Below, piece by piece: positions 1-8,069 of a DNA stretch of 44,287 nt. The stretch lies in the IMG/VR virus record IMGVR_UViG_3300037467_000513; one strand, given 5' to 3'. Below the pieces are notes generated by a model. The model was not told the DNA's origin. It worked only from the letters and a program-made list of their open reading frames with translations, and ran no database searches. Both the position numbers and the translations under genes were made by a program. Origin of the DNA: a virus. Position 1 is the stretch's first letter. Each line of letters opens with the position of its first letter.

Positions 1-127
1 AGGCGGCAATCTCGCGCTTCTTGGCAACGGATTCCGGCGTCTCGCCGACCGCTGTATCGATGGCAAAGGACAACGCCATTTATGCGGCCTCCAATGCGCG
101 GGCATAATCGACGGCTTGATAGCCATT
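1..127. repeat. Terminal direct repeat, copy 1 (identical to 44161..44287)
   Basis: Read directly: aggcggcaatctcgcgcttc...acggcttgatagccatt occurs at both window ends. 127 nt is a typical assembler k-mer overlap of a circular contig. Confidence 0.97.
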
Positions 128-1078
128 AGGCATCGTCACCACGGCTTCCGGCTTCATGCGCTCGACTTCATCGGCCATCACGCCAATCTCAGGCTTGCCG
201 TCGATCCGATAGAAGTAAATCGGCAGGCCGTTATGAGCGCGTCCAATCTCGATCACATCGGATTTCAAGCGGCGATCCGAGAACTTGAACACCCCAGCCG
301 AGCCCAGCCCAAACAGGCCGCCCATGACCTGATTGTAGTTCTGCATCTGCTGCTGATAATTCTGGAACTGCTGATTGTAGTTGGTATTGATGATGCCGGC
401 CGTATCCGTGGTCGGAATCGTCGGCATCTGCTTATTGATGAAGTTCGGCTGTGATACCTGCGAGCCCGACAACAGTGCCGAAATTTCGTTGAGCGGCTGA
501 TTGCGCTCCGTCAAAATCTCCTGCACTGACTGACCACGACCGTTGAGCAACAACTGGTCATAGGCATCGTTCTTGCCCTGCTGGAACTTGGTCATCTCCG
601 CGTCCCACGCCTCAGAGCCCGGCCGAATGCCTTGGTTGCTCAATCGTGTTCGCAATGCATCCTCGTCGCGCGCAAACTGCGGATCAAGGCGCTTCGATCC
701 AAGGTCGTACAACCGTCCTTCGACGGCATCGTTATTCAGATTGACGTTGGTTCCAAGCAGCGAACCGATCTTGGCCGACTGATCGACGCCGATCTGCCCA
801 AGGTTTTGCTGGGTCTGGTTGTTGAGGTCGTATAGCTTCTGCTGATCCGGCGATAGCGTCTGTGTCGCGGTGAACGACGGAATATCGTAGCTCTGGCCGG
901 TGTAAGGGTCCGTGAATTTCGTCGATCCGGACTGATTGAACGTCAGATTCCCGTTAGGCGTGATCTGGTTGACGTTGTTCAGATTGGAATTGGCAATAGC
1001 CGTTGCAACACTCGTGCCGGTCTGAGCGGCGGAAGTCTGCTTCGGATCGGGAGGGGTTGGCGCAGAGGGCTTGGACAT
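80..1078 (-). CDS. Fibre-like virion protein with C-terminal intramolecular-chaperone (Peptidase S74) domain
   Basis: 332 aa. The C-terminus FSDRRLKSDVIEIG...IGVMADEVERMKPEAV...AVDYARAL fits the auto-cleaving chaperone domain of phage fibres and endosialidases. The N-terminal part is Q/N/T-rich. Its stop TAA abuts the ATG of the 632-aa gene across the circular junction. Confidence 0.75.
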   Translation of the reverse strand: MSKPSAPTPPDPKQTSAAQTGTSVATAIANSNLNNVNQITPNGNLTFNQSGSTKFTDPYTGQSYDIPSFTATQTLSPDQQKLYDLNNQTQQNLGQIGVDQSAKIGSLLGTNVNLNNDAVEGRLYDLGSKRLDPQFARDEDALRTRLSNQGIRPGSEAWDAEMTKFQQGKNDAYDQLLLNGRGQSVQEILTERNQPLNEISALLSGSQVSQPNFINKQMPTIPTTDTAGIINTNYNQQFQNYQQQMQNYNQVMGGLFGLGSAGVFKFSDRRLKSDVIEIGRAHNGLPIYFYRIDGKPEIGVMADEVERMKPEAVVTMPNGYQAVDYARALEAA

Positions 1079-1519
1079 TTACCGATCAATCCATTTCCGC
1101 CATGCGTCATCCGTCAATGTCGTGACGACCATGGCTTCGTTTCGTCCCTTCAGACGCGGGATGACGAACTCGCTTGAACCGACCGCGCGCCACATGCGCC
1201 GCAGTCTCGTATTGTGTTCGGAATGCCTGGCAACAACCATCTGGCAACCGACCTCAGCGAACGGGTATCGGAACATCGCCCGCAGCGTTTGTCGCGTTAG
1301 CCATCGGCTATCCGTCGCCGCGCCCGATATCTCGATCACGCCGCTTTCAGGTGAGTAGTTGTGATACAGAATGCCCGCGATCAACTCGCCGTTACGAACA
1401 ACGCCCATCGACGTATGAGAACCGAATCCGCGTTCACAGCCGGGAATCAAGAGAGAGACAAATTCCTCGATGCCGCTGTTAACCGCAGGATCGGCGGAGC
1501 CGCCCCAAATGATCTGCAT
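1079..1519 (-). CDS. GNAT-fold (RimJ/RimL-like) acetyltransferase candidate
   Basis: 146 aa from ATG 1519; the ORF track starts one codon earlier at TTG. The pattern ...GELIAGILYHNY...IEISGAA...LRAMFRYPFAEVGCQMVVARHSEHNTRLRRMWRAVG... resembles the Acetyltransf_3 layout. TGATG overlap with the upstream gene and TAAATG junction with the downstream gene. Confidence 0.5.
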   Translation of the reverse strand: MQIIWGGSADPAVNSGIEEFVSLLIPGCERGFGSHTSMGVVRNGELIAGILYHNYSPESGVIEISGAATDSRWLTRQTLRAMFRYPFAEVGCQMVVARHSEHNTRLRRMWRAVGSSEFVIPRLKGRNEAMVVTTLTDDAWRKWIDR

Positions 1520-3426
1520 CAAGTGACGATATCCGAAACATCATAGGTTAGATCGATACTCACCAACTCAACATCGAGCGGGACAAGTGATCCGCTGGTG
1601 ATCTGCACGGCGGGCGATAGCGCGTAACCCGCGCCCCCGACCGACTGCCATTGCTGCTTCGTCGATTTCTGGCCGGCCTGATCCCATTTCGAGACGTTCC
1701 AGACACCGGTATCCCAGGTATTGCCGCCTGGCACTTGCGTTGCGGCTGGTGCAGACGGTAATTCTATCTGATAGTCCGCCTGCAATGAAAGTTGTGGCGC
1801 AATGTCCGACGACGCGAGCAACGTAGAGCGCGCCAGCAGGCCGGTTTTGAGCGATGCAGGCGCTTTGAGCGGATCGAACAGCGGCACACACGATGCGGTG
1901 TAAGGCAGACCATCATCCGCGCCCGTCACTTCCGCTTCCACAATGCGCCCATTATCTGAGCCGAAGAATAGCCGTCCTTGGAAGGACAAGACGCAAAACG
2001 CATTCCAGCCTGTATACGGAGCCCATGAGCCGGTTCGCACGTTAGCAACCAGCATCGTGGGAGTCGCGCCAACTGGTGATGGCATCGTTATTGTCATCAT
2101 CTGCTGTGTCGGCCACACCTCGCAAGTCCATGCGGCAAACGAGCGGTTCGCGACATACTCATTCCATGCCACCTCAATCGGATACGACACGGCGACGGGC
2201 GACAGAGCGGCATAATCTCGCGTGAGAGACGCCGAAACCGGCAAAAAGCCGATATCGGTAGCCATCACAACGTCTCCGCCGGCCTTGATATGCGCCTTTG
2301 CGCCGAGCGGTCGCCCGGTGCGGTAAACGCCGACCTTGCTCCACGATGCCGCAACAGACGGATCGCTGCCCTGAAACACCGCAATTTCGCCCTCTGTCGT
2401 GACGAAAATGCATTGCTCCGACAAGCCGCCGCCGAGCGTTTCCAGCGACCACGCCGCGCCGAAAAGCAATGCACCGCCGCGCGTGAAGATGCCAGCCAAT
2501 GGCAGTTTTGTGGCCACGCCGGTCACGCTATCGACCGGCAGATACCACGCATTCAGACTGTTTTTCTCGACGTAGAAAATCCGGTTCTTATAGGTCCAAT
2601 TATAGGACAGGCTCGCCGTGTTGACGCCCGTGATGCCGTTGAACAGCAATGTCGCAGCGCCCGCCGTCGTGGCGCTTCCCGGCGCGGTGTTGTCGTCGGT
2701 GATTGTCTCGGACGCACCGAACGTGCCGGTAATCGTATCGAGCCAGAGCGTCCCCGTGGTGCCGTTGTCGATTACCTTGACGATGACACCAGTGGCCGCA
2801 GAACTCGCGCCTGTGAGCGTTTTCCCAACCGTAAATGGCGCGGTTTCGGTCGTGTAGTCGATTGCGTAGAGCGATGTTGACCCGATGGGGTAAAAATCCG
2901 TCCCGTTATAAATAAGCTTTTTGTCAGCGCCGTTCACAAGGTCAAGGAACACATCGCCGCTTGAGTTGGCGAACTGTACCGACGACCAGTCGCCAGATGT
3001 CAGGCCAGACACTGACGGCTGGACAGAACTGATGAAAGGAATGAACTTGTTGCCTTGATCATCAACAAAGACATTCCCGCCGCCATCGGTGAAATGCGTC
3101 TGCGCTACCGCGTTCGTCGCGTCGAAAATCCCCGTTGGAGTTGCCCCGAACAGCTTTTGATTGCTCGCATTCACATAGGCAAACAGCGAAACGACGTTCT
3201 CATTCATGCCACCGAGACGATTGAACGTCAGCGACCCGCGCCGCATCCGCAGTCCGGTTGCAGTCGGAAACCAATTTTCGATAACGAACGCGCCGTTTAG
3301 CGCCGAGCCGTCCGGCTTGCGCGCATTCGGCACCGCAAGGCTTTGGTTGCGAATCCAGCCGCCAACCGGCGCTGGAAACGACTTAAGCCGCTGCGGCCGG
3401 ACAGTTGCTTGGACTGGCTTCCTCAT
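1519..3426 (-). CDS. Tail tubular protein B-like (nozzle) candidate
   Basis: 635 aa. Size and position (after a ~235-aa protein, downstream of the capsid) match the T7-type gp11/gp12 order. ATGA overlap with the upstream gene. No motif-level proof. Confidence 0.45.
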   Translation of the reverse strand: MRKPVQATVRPQRLKSFPAPVGGWIRNQSLAVPNARKPDGSALNGAFVIENWFPTATGLRMRRGSLTFNRLGGMNENVVSLFAYVNASNQKLFGATPTGIFDATNAVAQTHFTDGGGNVFVDDQGNKFIPFISSVQPSVSGLTSGDWSSVQFANSSGDVFLDLVNGADKKLIYNGTDFYPIGSTSLYAIDYTTETAPFTVGKTLTGASSAATGVIVKVIDNGTTGTLWLDTITGTFGASETITDDNTAPGSATTAGAATLLFNGITGVNTASLSYNWTYKNRIFYVEKNSLNAWYLPVDSVTGVATKLPLAGIFTRGGALLFGAAWSLETLGGGLSEQCIFVTTEGEIAVFQGSDPSVAASWSKVGVYRTGRPLGAKAHIKAGGDVVMATDIGFLPVSASLTRDYAALSPVAVSYPIEVAWNEYVANRSFAAWTCEVWPTQQMMTITMPSPVGATPTMLVANVRTGSWAPYTGWNAFCVLSFQGRLFFGSDNGRIVEAEVTGADDGLPYTASCVPLFDPLKAPASLKTGLLARSTLLASSDIAPQLSLQADYQIELPSAPAATQVPGGNTWDTGVWNVSKWDQAGQKSTKQQWQSVGGAGYALSPAVQITSGSLVPLDVELVSIDLTYDVSDIVT

Positions 3427-4130
3427 GATCCGAGAGGCCCCGGATATGAGGCGCGAGCATCAACCCGCATACGCGCCGGACCAACGGCAATGATCCGTGA
3501 GCCCTTGTCGCGCGCGATCTCCTGCGCCAGCGCGATTTCGTAGTTCTTCAGATCCTCACCATACTCCTGCCGCTTCTGCGCCCGCCAGCGCCAGATCAAG
3601 CCGAGGGTGATGAGCCGGTCGCCAAGAAAGAACGTATCTCCGTCCGCCGAAAATTGAGGGCTGTTGCCGTTAACAACGTTCCTTGAGACGTAATAGAGCC
3701 GCGCGCTGGTGCCCGATGCCAGCGGCACGCCGTTGCCTTGGCTGATCTGGAATTGGCCACCAAGGATGATCCACCAGCCAGGGAATCCAGTCCCGGCATA
3801 AGTCTGAATATCGAGCCACTGATCAAGGTCGCGCGCCGGCTCAAACCGCCATTGCGTCCACGTCGCAGAGTGGACGCCTTCCTTGAGCAGCATTCGGTCG
3901 TAGTCGGACGGCAGATCGAATCCGGTGTTCGTCCCGTCGCCCGTAATCGTCCACAGCTTGGTGAGCGCGCGCCAGTCGTGCGCCTTCATGATGTCAACGG
4001 CAATCTCGGTCGCGAGGTCCGCTAGTTCGTTAGCGAATTCCACGTTCAAACCGTTCGGAGAAAACAGGCTGCCGGGCTTTTGACCCTGCAACCTGATCCC
4101 TGCCGATTGTGCCGCTGACAAAATGGTCAT
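3423..4130 (-). CDS. Tail tubular protein A-like (adaptor) candidate
   Basis: 235 aa. Called by position and size only. TAATG junction with the upstream gene. Confidence 0.4.
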   Translation of the reverse strand: MTILSAAQSAGIRLQGQKPGSLFSPNGLNVEFANELADLATEIAVDIMKAHDWRALTKLWTITGDGTNTGFDLPSDYDRMLLKEGVHSATWTQWRFEPARDLDQWLDIQTYAGTGFPGWWIILGGQFQISQGNGVPLASGTSARLYYVSRNVVNGNSPQFSADGDTFFLGDRLITLGLIWRWRAQKRQEYGEDLKNYEIALAQEIARDKGSRIIAVGPARMRVDARASYPGPLGS

Positions 4131-4846
4131 TACGCTGCCTCTTGCGCTCCGGCGACTTCACGGACCATCGCCACGAGTGTTGCGCGGGATGGATTGCCGC
4201 GCGGAGCCTGACCCGTCTTGGCCTTGATGATGGCTTTCAGATCATCGTCGGACTGGCCGGCGAACTCGTCCGCAGGCTTTGCGGCTTTGGCCGCAGCGCG
4301 CATTTCTTCCATGTCGCGCCGCATGGATTCCAACTGATCCTTGAGCGCTTCGTTGTCGGCCGCGAGCTTCGTCACGTCCGCCGAGCCGCGAGCGGCGTCC
4401 AGATAGGCGATGGCCTGGTTCTTCAATTCGCGGCCACCCATGCCGAGCGCCTTCAACTCGTTGCCGTCGAGCGCGGCAAGCGCTTCCGCCGTCAGAATGT
4501 TCAGGGCCTTGAGTTCGAGCCGCTTACCTTGAGTGAGGAACGGCACTTCCTCAAGCGGCGTGCCCTCGGCAACCTGTGTATGGTTCAGCTTGAAGCGCTT
4601 GTATTGCTCCGGCCAGCGCATGGCGTAAGTCTGCTCTTCCTGCGAGCCATCGGCGGGATTGGTCACCCAGCCGGAAAAGGCATGAGCCGGGAATACGCCG
4701 ACGCGGTTGCGGTCACCGGCAAAACGGACTTCGACCACTTCCATGTCGTCGTAGATCGGTCGGCCTTCGGCCTTGGACTTGGCCTCGTTCTTGATCGAGT
4801 GAACCTTGAACAGCGGGATAACGCGGGCTTCTTCGGCGGTGGACAT
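4130..4846 (-). CDS. Hypothetical protein of the structural module
   Basis: 238-aa ORF between the capsid-associated genes and the tail genes. The C-terminal half is coiled-coil-like and A/E/K-rich. Confidence 0.6.
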   Translation of the reverse strand: MSTAEEARVIPLFKVHSIKNEAKSKAEGRPIYDDMEVVEVRFAGDRNRVGVFPAHAFSGWVTNPADGSQEEQTYAMRWPEQYKRFKLNHTQVAEGTPLEEVPFLTQGKRLELKALNILTAEALAALDGNELKALGMGGRELKNQAIAYLDAARGSADVTKLAADNEALKDQLESMRRDMEEMRAAAKAAKPADEFAGQSDDDLKAIIKAKTGQAPRGNPSRATLVAMVREVAGAQEAA

Positions 4847-4873
4847 TTGTGATGATCCTGTCTGAGAGGTTGC

Positions 4874-4900
4874 AAAAGGAAAGGCGGCCCGTAGGCCGCC
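4874..4900 (-). terminator. Intrinsic terminator-like hairpin (minus strand)
   Basis: Minus strand reads GGCGGCC-tacg-GGCCGCC followed by TTTCCTTTT, directly after the stop of the 4918..5421 gene. Confidence 0.65.
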
Positions 4901-4917
4901 CTTAGTTGGGAGGAAGG

Positions 4918-5421
4918 TTAGGCCGCCGAGGCGTCGTCAACCCACGGACGCTGAATTTCGACCTCGGCCAAACCGGCGGACGGAGTGCCATCGGCAGACG
5001 CGAACTTCGCGTTCTTCACGCGGTCGCCCGCCACAACAGCGTCATCAACCTGACCGGGGGTCGCCGTGAGATAGACCAGCGCGTCATCTGCGACGGTGCC
5101 GGCCTTGGCTACACCCTTACCGCCGATCTGATACCAGCCGGCCTTGTCGGCAACGCTGGCTGACATTGCGATAGCAATCGGGCCGATGGCATTGGCCGCC
5201 GCTAACGTGGTCGAAAAGTCGTCCGAATTGTAAACGACGACAGACCCGACAACCGTGCTGGCAGCGCCCTTGAGAAAGATAAACTCGCCGGCGCCATAGG
5301 TCGGATCGGTTGCGGTTACGATGGTGCCATAGGGCACCGGCTCAACGTAACCATCGCTGGTCGGAACGAACGAGTTGATGGCAGGAAACCCCACTGACGG
5401 GGTCATGATCGCGAAAGCCAT
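4918..5421 (-). CDS. Hypothetical capsid-associated protein (decoration-like?)
   Basis: 167-aa ORF immediately downstream of the major capsid gene. Bracketed by two terminator-like hairpins, suggesting high, separately tuned expression. Confidence 0.5.
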   Translation of the reverse strand: MAFAIMTPSVGFPAINSFVPTSDGYVEPVPYGTIVTATDPTYGAGEFIFLKGAASTVVGSVVVYNSDDFSTTLAAANAIGPIAIAMSASVADKAGWYQIGGKGVAKAGTVADDALVYLTATPGQVDDAVVAGDRVKNAKFASADGTPSAGLAEVEIQRPWVDDASAA

Positions 5422-5440
5422 TTCAAGGCTCCTGTGTTCG

Positions 5441-5470
5441 AGAAAATGAAAGGCGGGCCGAAGCCCGCCC
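5441..5470 (-). terminator. Intrinsic terminator-like hairpin (minus strand) after the capsid gene
   Basis: Minus strand reads GGCGGGC-ttcg-GCCCGCC followed by TTTCATTTTCT, about 10 nt after the capsid stop. Confidence 0.65.
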
Positions 5471-5480
5471 TAAATGTCGG

Positions 5481-6497
5481 TTACGCCGCCGGGTTCGAAT
5501 CGTAGAAGCGCCACGAGAACAGCGGGTTGTTGAGCGTCATTTCGCCCATCCACCCGATGTATTGCGCGATGGCGTCCTGATTGATCGGCTTCTGGCCTTC
5601 GCCCTCAAACAGCTTGTCGAAATTGCGGTTCGGGTTGTAGCGAATGCGGATGGCGTCGGTATCGAGGCCGTAGGTGGTGTTGGCCGGCATATTGGAGCCG
5701 ATACCACCATCAAGCACGATCTCGGCACGCTTGCCGCCGCCGACGTATTCGAGCGACTGGAAGCCGAGTTTGGCAAGGCCGCCTTCCCGCTGAATACGCT
5801 GAATGCTAGTCGTAGCCGCATCATACGCCGCGTAGTGCTCCGGCGACATGATGAGCAGATCGGCATAACGACGACCACGCGCGCGCTGCGTCATGATCTT
5901 GTTCAGGAACGGGCGGATCGTGTCCTTCGTCACCTGCGTGCCAATCGTCGTGTCGAACGAATTGGCGTCGAAGGTCGAAGTCCGCCAGATCGCATTGGCG
6001 CGATCGATGCCGCCATAGACGCCGTTGTTGACGACAATCGGCACAGCCAAACCAAGGCCGCCCAACTGCTTGCCGCCGTTCGCGGTGCCGTCGCCGTGGA
6101 TCGCGGCGTCCATCGTGTCATTGAGCGACCGTTCCGCCGCATCCATGTACGATGCCATCACGTCCATCTGCTGGTTTTCGCCCTCGTTGTTGAGGATTTC
6201 TTCCAGCGCAATCGAAATTGGCACGGCCACCATCTTCGGCGTGAAGAAGGCGTCGTTGAACAGTTCGATGGGCGGATTGGCAAGGAAGTCGTAGCCCGAA
6301 TACCACTGGGCATCCTGCTTTGCGATCTGAAGCGTTTCGCGAATGCGCGGGCCTGAATAGGCGCGCCACAGTCCCTTGCGCTTCAGGACGGCCAGCAGAG
6401 CGTTGTTGTTGGAAACAAGGTCCTGGTAGCCCCGCGAACGCTCTTCGAGCGCCATGGAGAGGACCTGCTGATAGTGAGCAACAGGATTGATTGACAT
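5481..6497 (-). CDS. Major capsid protein
   Basis: 338 aa. Lies after the scaffold-like gene and before a terminator hairpin. Size and order match the portal-scaffold-capsid arrangement. Confidence 0.75.
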   Translation of the reverse strand: MSINPVAHYQQVLSMALEERSRGYQDLVSNNNALLAVLKRKGLWRAYSGPRIRETLQIAKQDAQWYSGYDFLANPPIELFNDAFFTPKMVAVPISIALEEILNNEGENQQMDVMASYMDAAERSLNDTMDAAIHGDGTANGGKQLGGLGLAVPIVVNNGVYGGIDRANAIWRTSTFDANSFDTTIGTQVTKDTIRPFLNKIMTQRARGRRYADLLIMSPEHYAAYDAATTSIQRIQREGGLAKLGFQSLEYVGGGKRAEIVLDGGIGSNMPANTTYGLDTDAIRIRYNPNRNFDKLFEGEGQKPINQDAIAQYIGWMGEMTLNNPLFSWRFYDSNPAA

Positions 6498-6512
6498 GGT
6501 TAGGTGTCCTTA

Positions 6513-7733
6513 TCAGGCGGCCGCGCGTCGAAACGCCTTCTTGAGCGCCTGTTCGATGGATGGGACCGGCTGATTGCTCGCGGTCGGTTCGGGGTCTGAG
6601 CCCGCCGTCGATGGAGCGCCGGAAATGGATTTGGAGCCGGCCGGGTTGAGCGGCGGCTTAGGCTTTTCAGCCGGGATGACCGGCTGTTGCGAGATGGCGG
6701 GCGATGCTGCGGGATTGAGCCGCTCTGCACGCGCATAGGCCGTCTCAAGATCGTAGCCGTGGTTGATCTCTTCCTTGATCGCCTCGGCAAGTTCTTCAAA
6801 GCGCGGGTGCGACTGTGCGAATGTCTCGACCTGAGACATGATCGCCGTCTCGCGCTGGCTGTTGATCGTCTGCGTCACGCCGCCAAGCTGGTTCTTCAAC
6901 CCGGCGATCTCGTTTCGCAGTTCCTGAATGGTTGCGTTCTGGTGACTGGCCTGCTCATCCGGCGACTGGCCCAACACCTGAGCCGCAAAGTCCCGAAAGG
7001 TCATGGCGCGACCATCCGGCATCTTCCAGCCGAAATTGCTGATGATCTGTTCGAAACCCTGCACCGCGTTCTGCGCCAGCATCCGTTCAATGCCGACATA
7101 GTTTGCCAGCGCGTTCTTCATCGTCGTGCCGTGCTGGCGCGCCAGATCGTGATACTCGCGAACCTCGTTGAACGCTTCAGCGTCCGCCTTGTATTTCTGG
7201 TGACCCTGCTCAAGCTCGCGAATGGCGCGGTTGACTTCGGCCTTTACCGGCTCCGGTGTATTGGCCCAGGTTTCTTTGGCGTCATTCGAGAACCGCGCGG
7301 GCGCGTCGCGATACTGCGATTGCGACTGAACCTCGCTTGCCGGGGCTGGCGCGACCTCTGGCGCGTTCTTTTCCGTGGCAGCCTGATCCTTCGCCGCAAA
7401 GTGCCCATGCTCTCCACGAGTCTGCGGCAGCTTCTGATCGGCCTTTGGCTCAACTGCGGGCTTTGCTTCCGCTTTCGGCTCTGCCTTGACCTCCGGTGCC
7501 GGCTTCTCTGCCGCCTTCTCGGCGTTGCGCGCCTTGATCTGTTCGTTAGCCTTCTTGATGGCATCCATCGCCGTTGCCGGCGGCTTGTCCTCAACGGGAG
7601 CGGCAGGCTTTTCAGCGACCGGCGTTTGCGTGCCGAGCGGCGTGGAATGGGTCGCGGTTTCGGTCGGAATGGGCGCGCCAGTGCTTTCGGCAGGCGCAGG
7701 AGCGCTGCCGCCGTCGAGTGCAACGTCGGTCAT
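6513..7733 (-). CDS. Scaffolding protein candidate
   Basis: 406 aa. A/E/K/P-rich, largely low-complexity or helical. Located between the portal region and the capsid gene. Confidence 0.6.
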   Translation of the reverse strand: MTDVALDGGSAPAPAESTGAPIPTETATHSTPLGTQTPVAEKPAAPVEDKPPATAMDAIKKANEQIKARNAEKAAEKPAPEVKAEPKAEAKPAVEPKADQKLPQTRGEHGHFAAKDQAATEKNAPEVAPAPASEVQSQSQYRDAPARFSNDAKETWANTPEPVKAEVNRAIRELEQGHQKYKADAEAFNEVREYHDLARQHGTTMKNALANYVGIERMLAQNAVQGFEQIISNFGWKMPDGRAMTFRDFAAQVLGQSPDEQASHQNATIQELRNEIAGLKNQLGGVTQTINSQRETAIMSQVETFAQSHPRFEELAEAIKEEINHGYDLETAYARAERLNPAASPAISQQPVIPAEKPKPPLNPAGSKSISGAPSTAGSDPEPTASNQPVPSIEQALKKAFRRAAA

Positions 7734-7757
7734 GGAATATACCTGTCTGAGAGGATG

Positions 7758-8069
7758 CTAGGAGAGCGCCGCCTTGGCCCGGCGCAGGCTGTCCCTGATT
7801 TCGTTGCGGTCAGGGGCTTTCCGCTGGAACGGCTTCACTTTCTCGTTGCCGATCTCGACATAGCCTTCACGCCGCGTCACAGCGCGGAAGGCTCGTTTGG
7901 AATCGTAGAATTTGCCGTCAACGTGCTCTAGCGGCGGCATCGTGTCGGTCACCACCATCGGAAACGCGAGGTTAGATCGTGCGACCTCGACGGGCTTGAA
8001 GCATTTGGACGGCCACGGCTGCTCAAGGTCATGCCAACCGCCACAGGCACGGCAATAACGCTCGCTCAT
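7758..8069 (-). CDS. Hypothetical protein (head module)
   Basis: 103-aa ORF. ATGA overlap with the portal stop. N-terminal CRACGGWH... Cys/His cluster. Confidence 0.6.
   Translation of the reverse strand: MSERYCRACGGWHDLEQPWPSKCFKPVEVARSNLAFPMVVTDTMPPLEHVDGKFYDSKRAFRAVTRREGYVEIGNEKVKPFQRKAPDRNEIRDSLRRAKAALS

Noticed and set aside
5491-5501. GGGTTCGAATC, resembling a tRNA T-arm/T-loop.
   Set aside because: It lies within the last codons of the capsid gene and has no flanking acceptor or anticodon stem complementarity. No tRNA gene was recognised anywhere in the window.
6687-7931. Long plus-strand ORFs antisense to structural genes (6687..7931, 8099..8803, 4109..4852, 5562..6356, 38528..39532 and many others in the ORF track).
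   Set aside because: They are R/L/G/P-rich with low-complexity translations, always opposite a better-supported gene. These are typical shadow ORFs of a ~60 percent GC genome.
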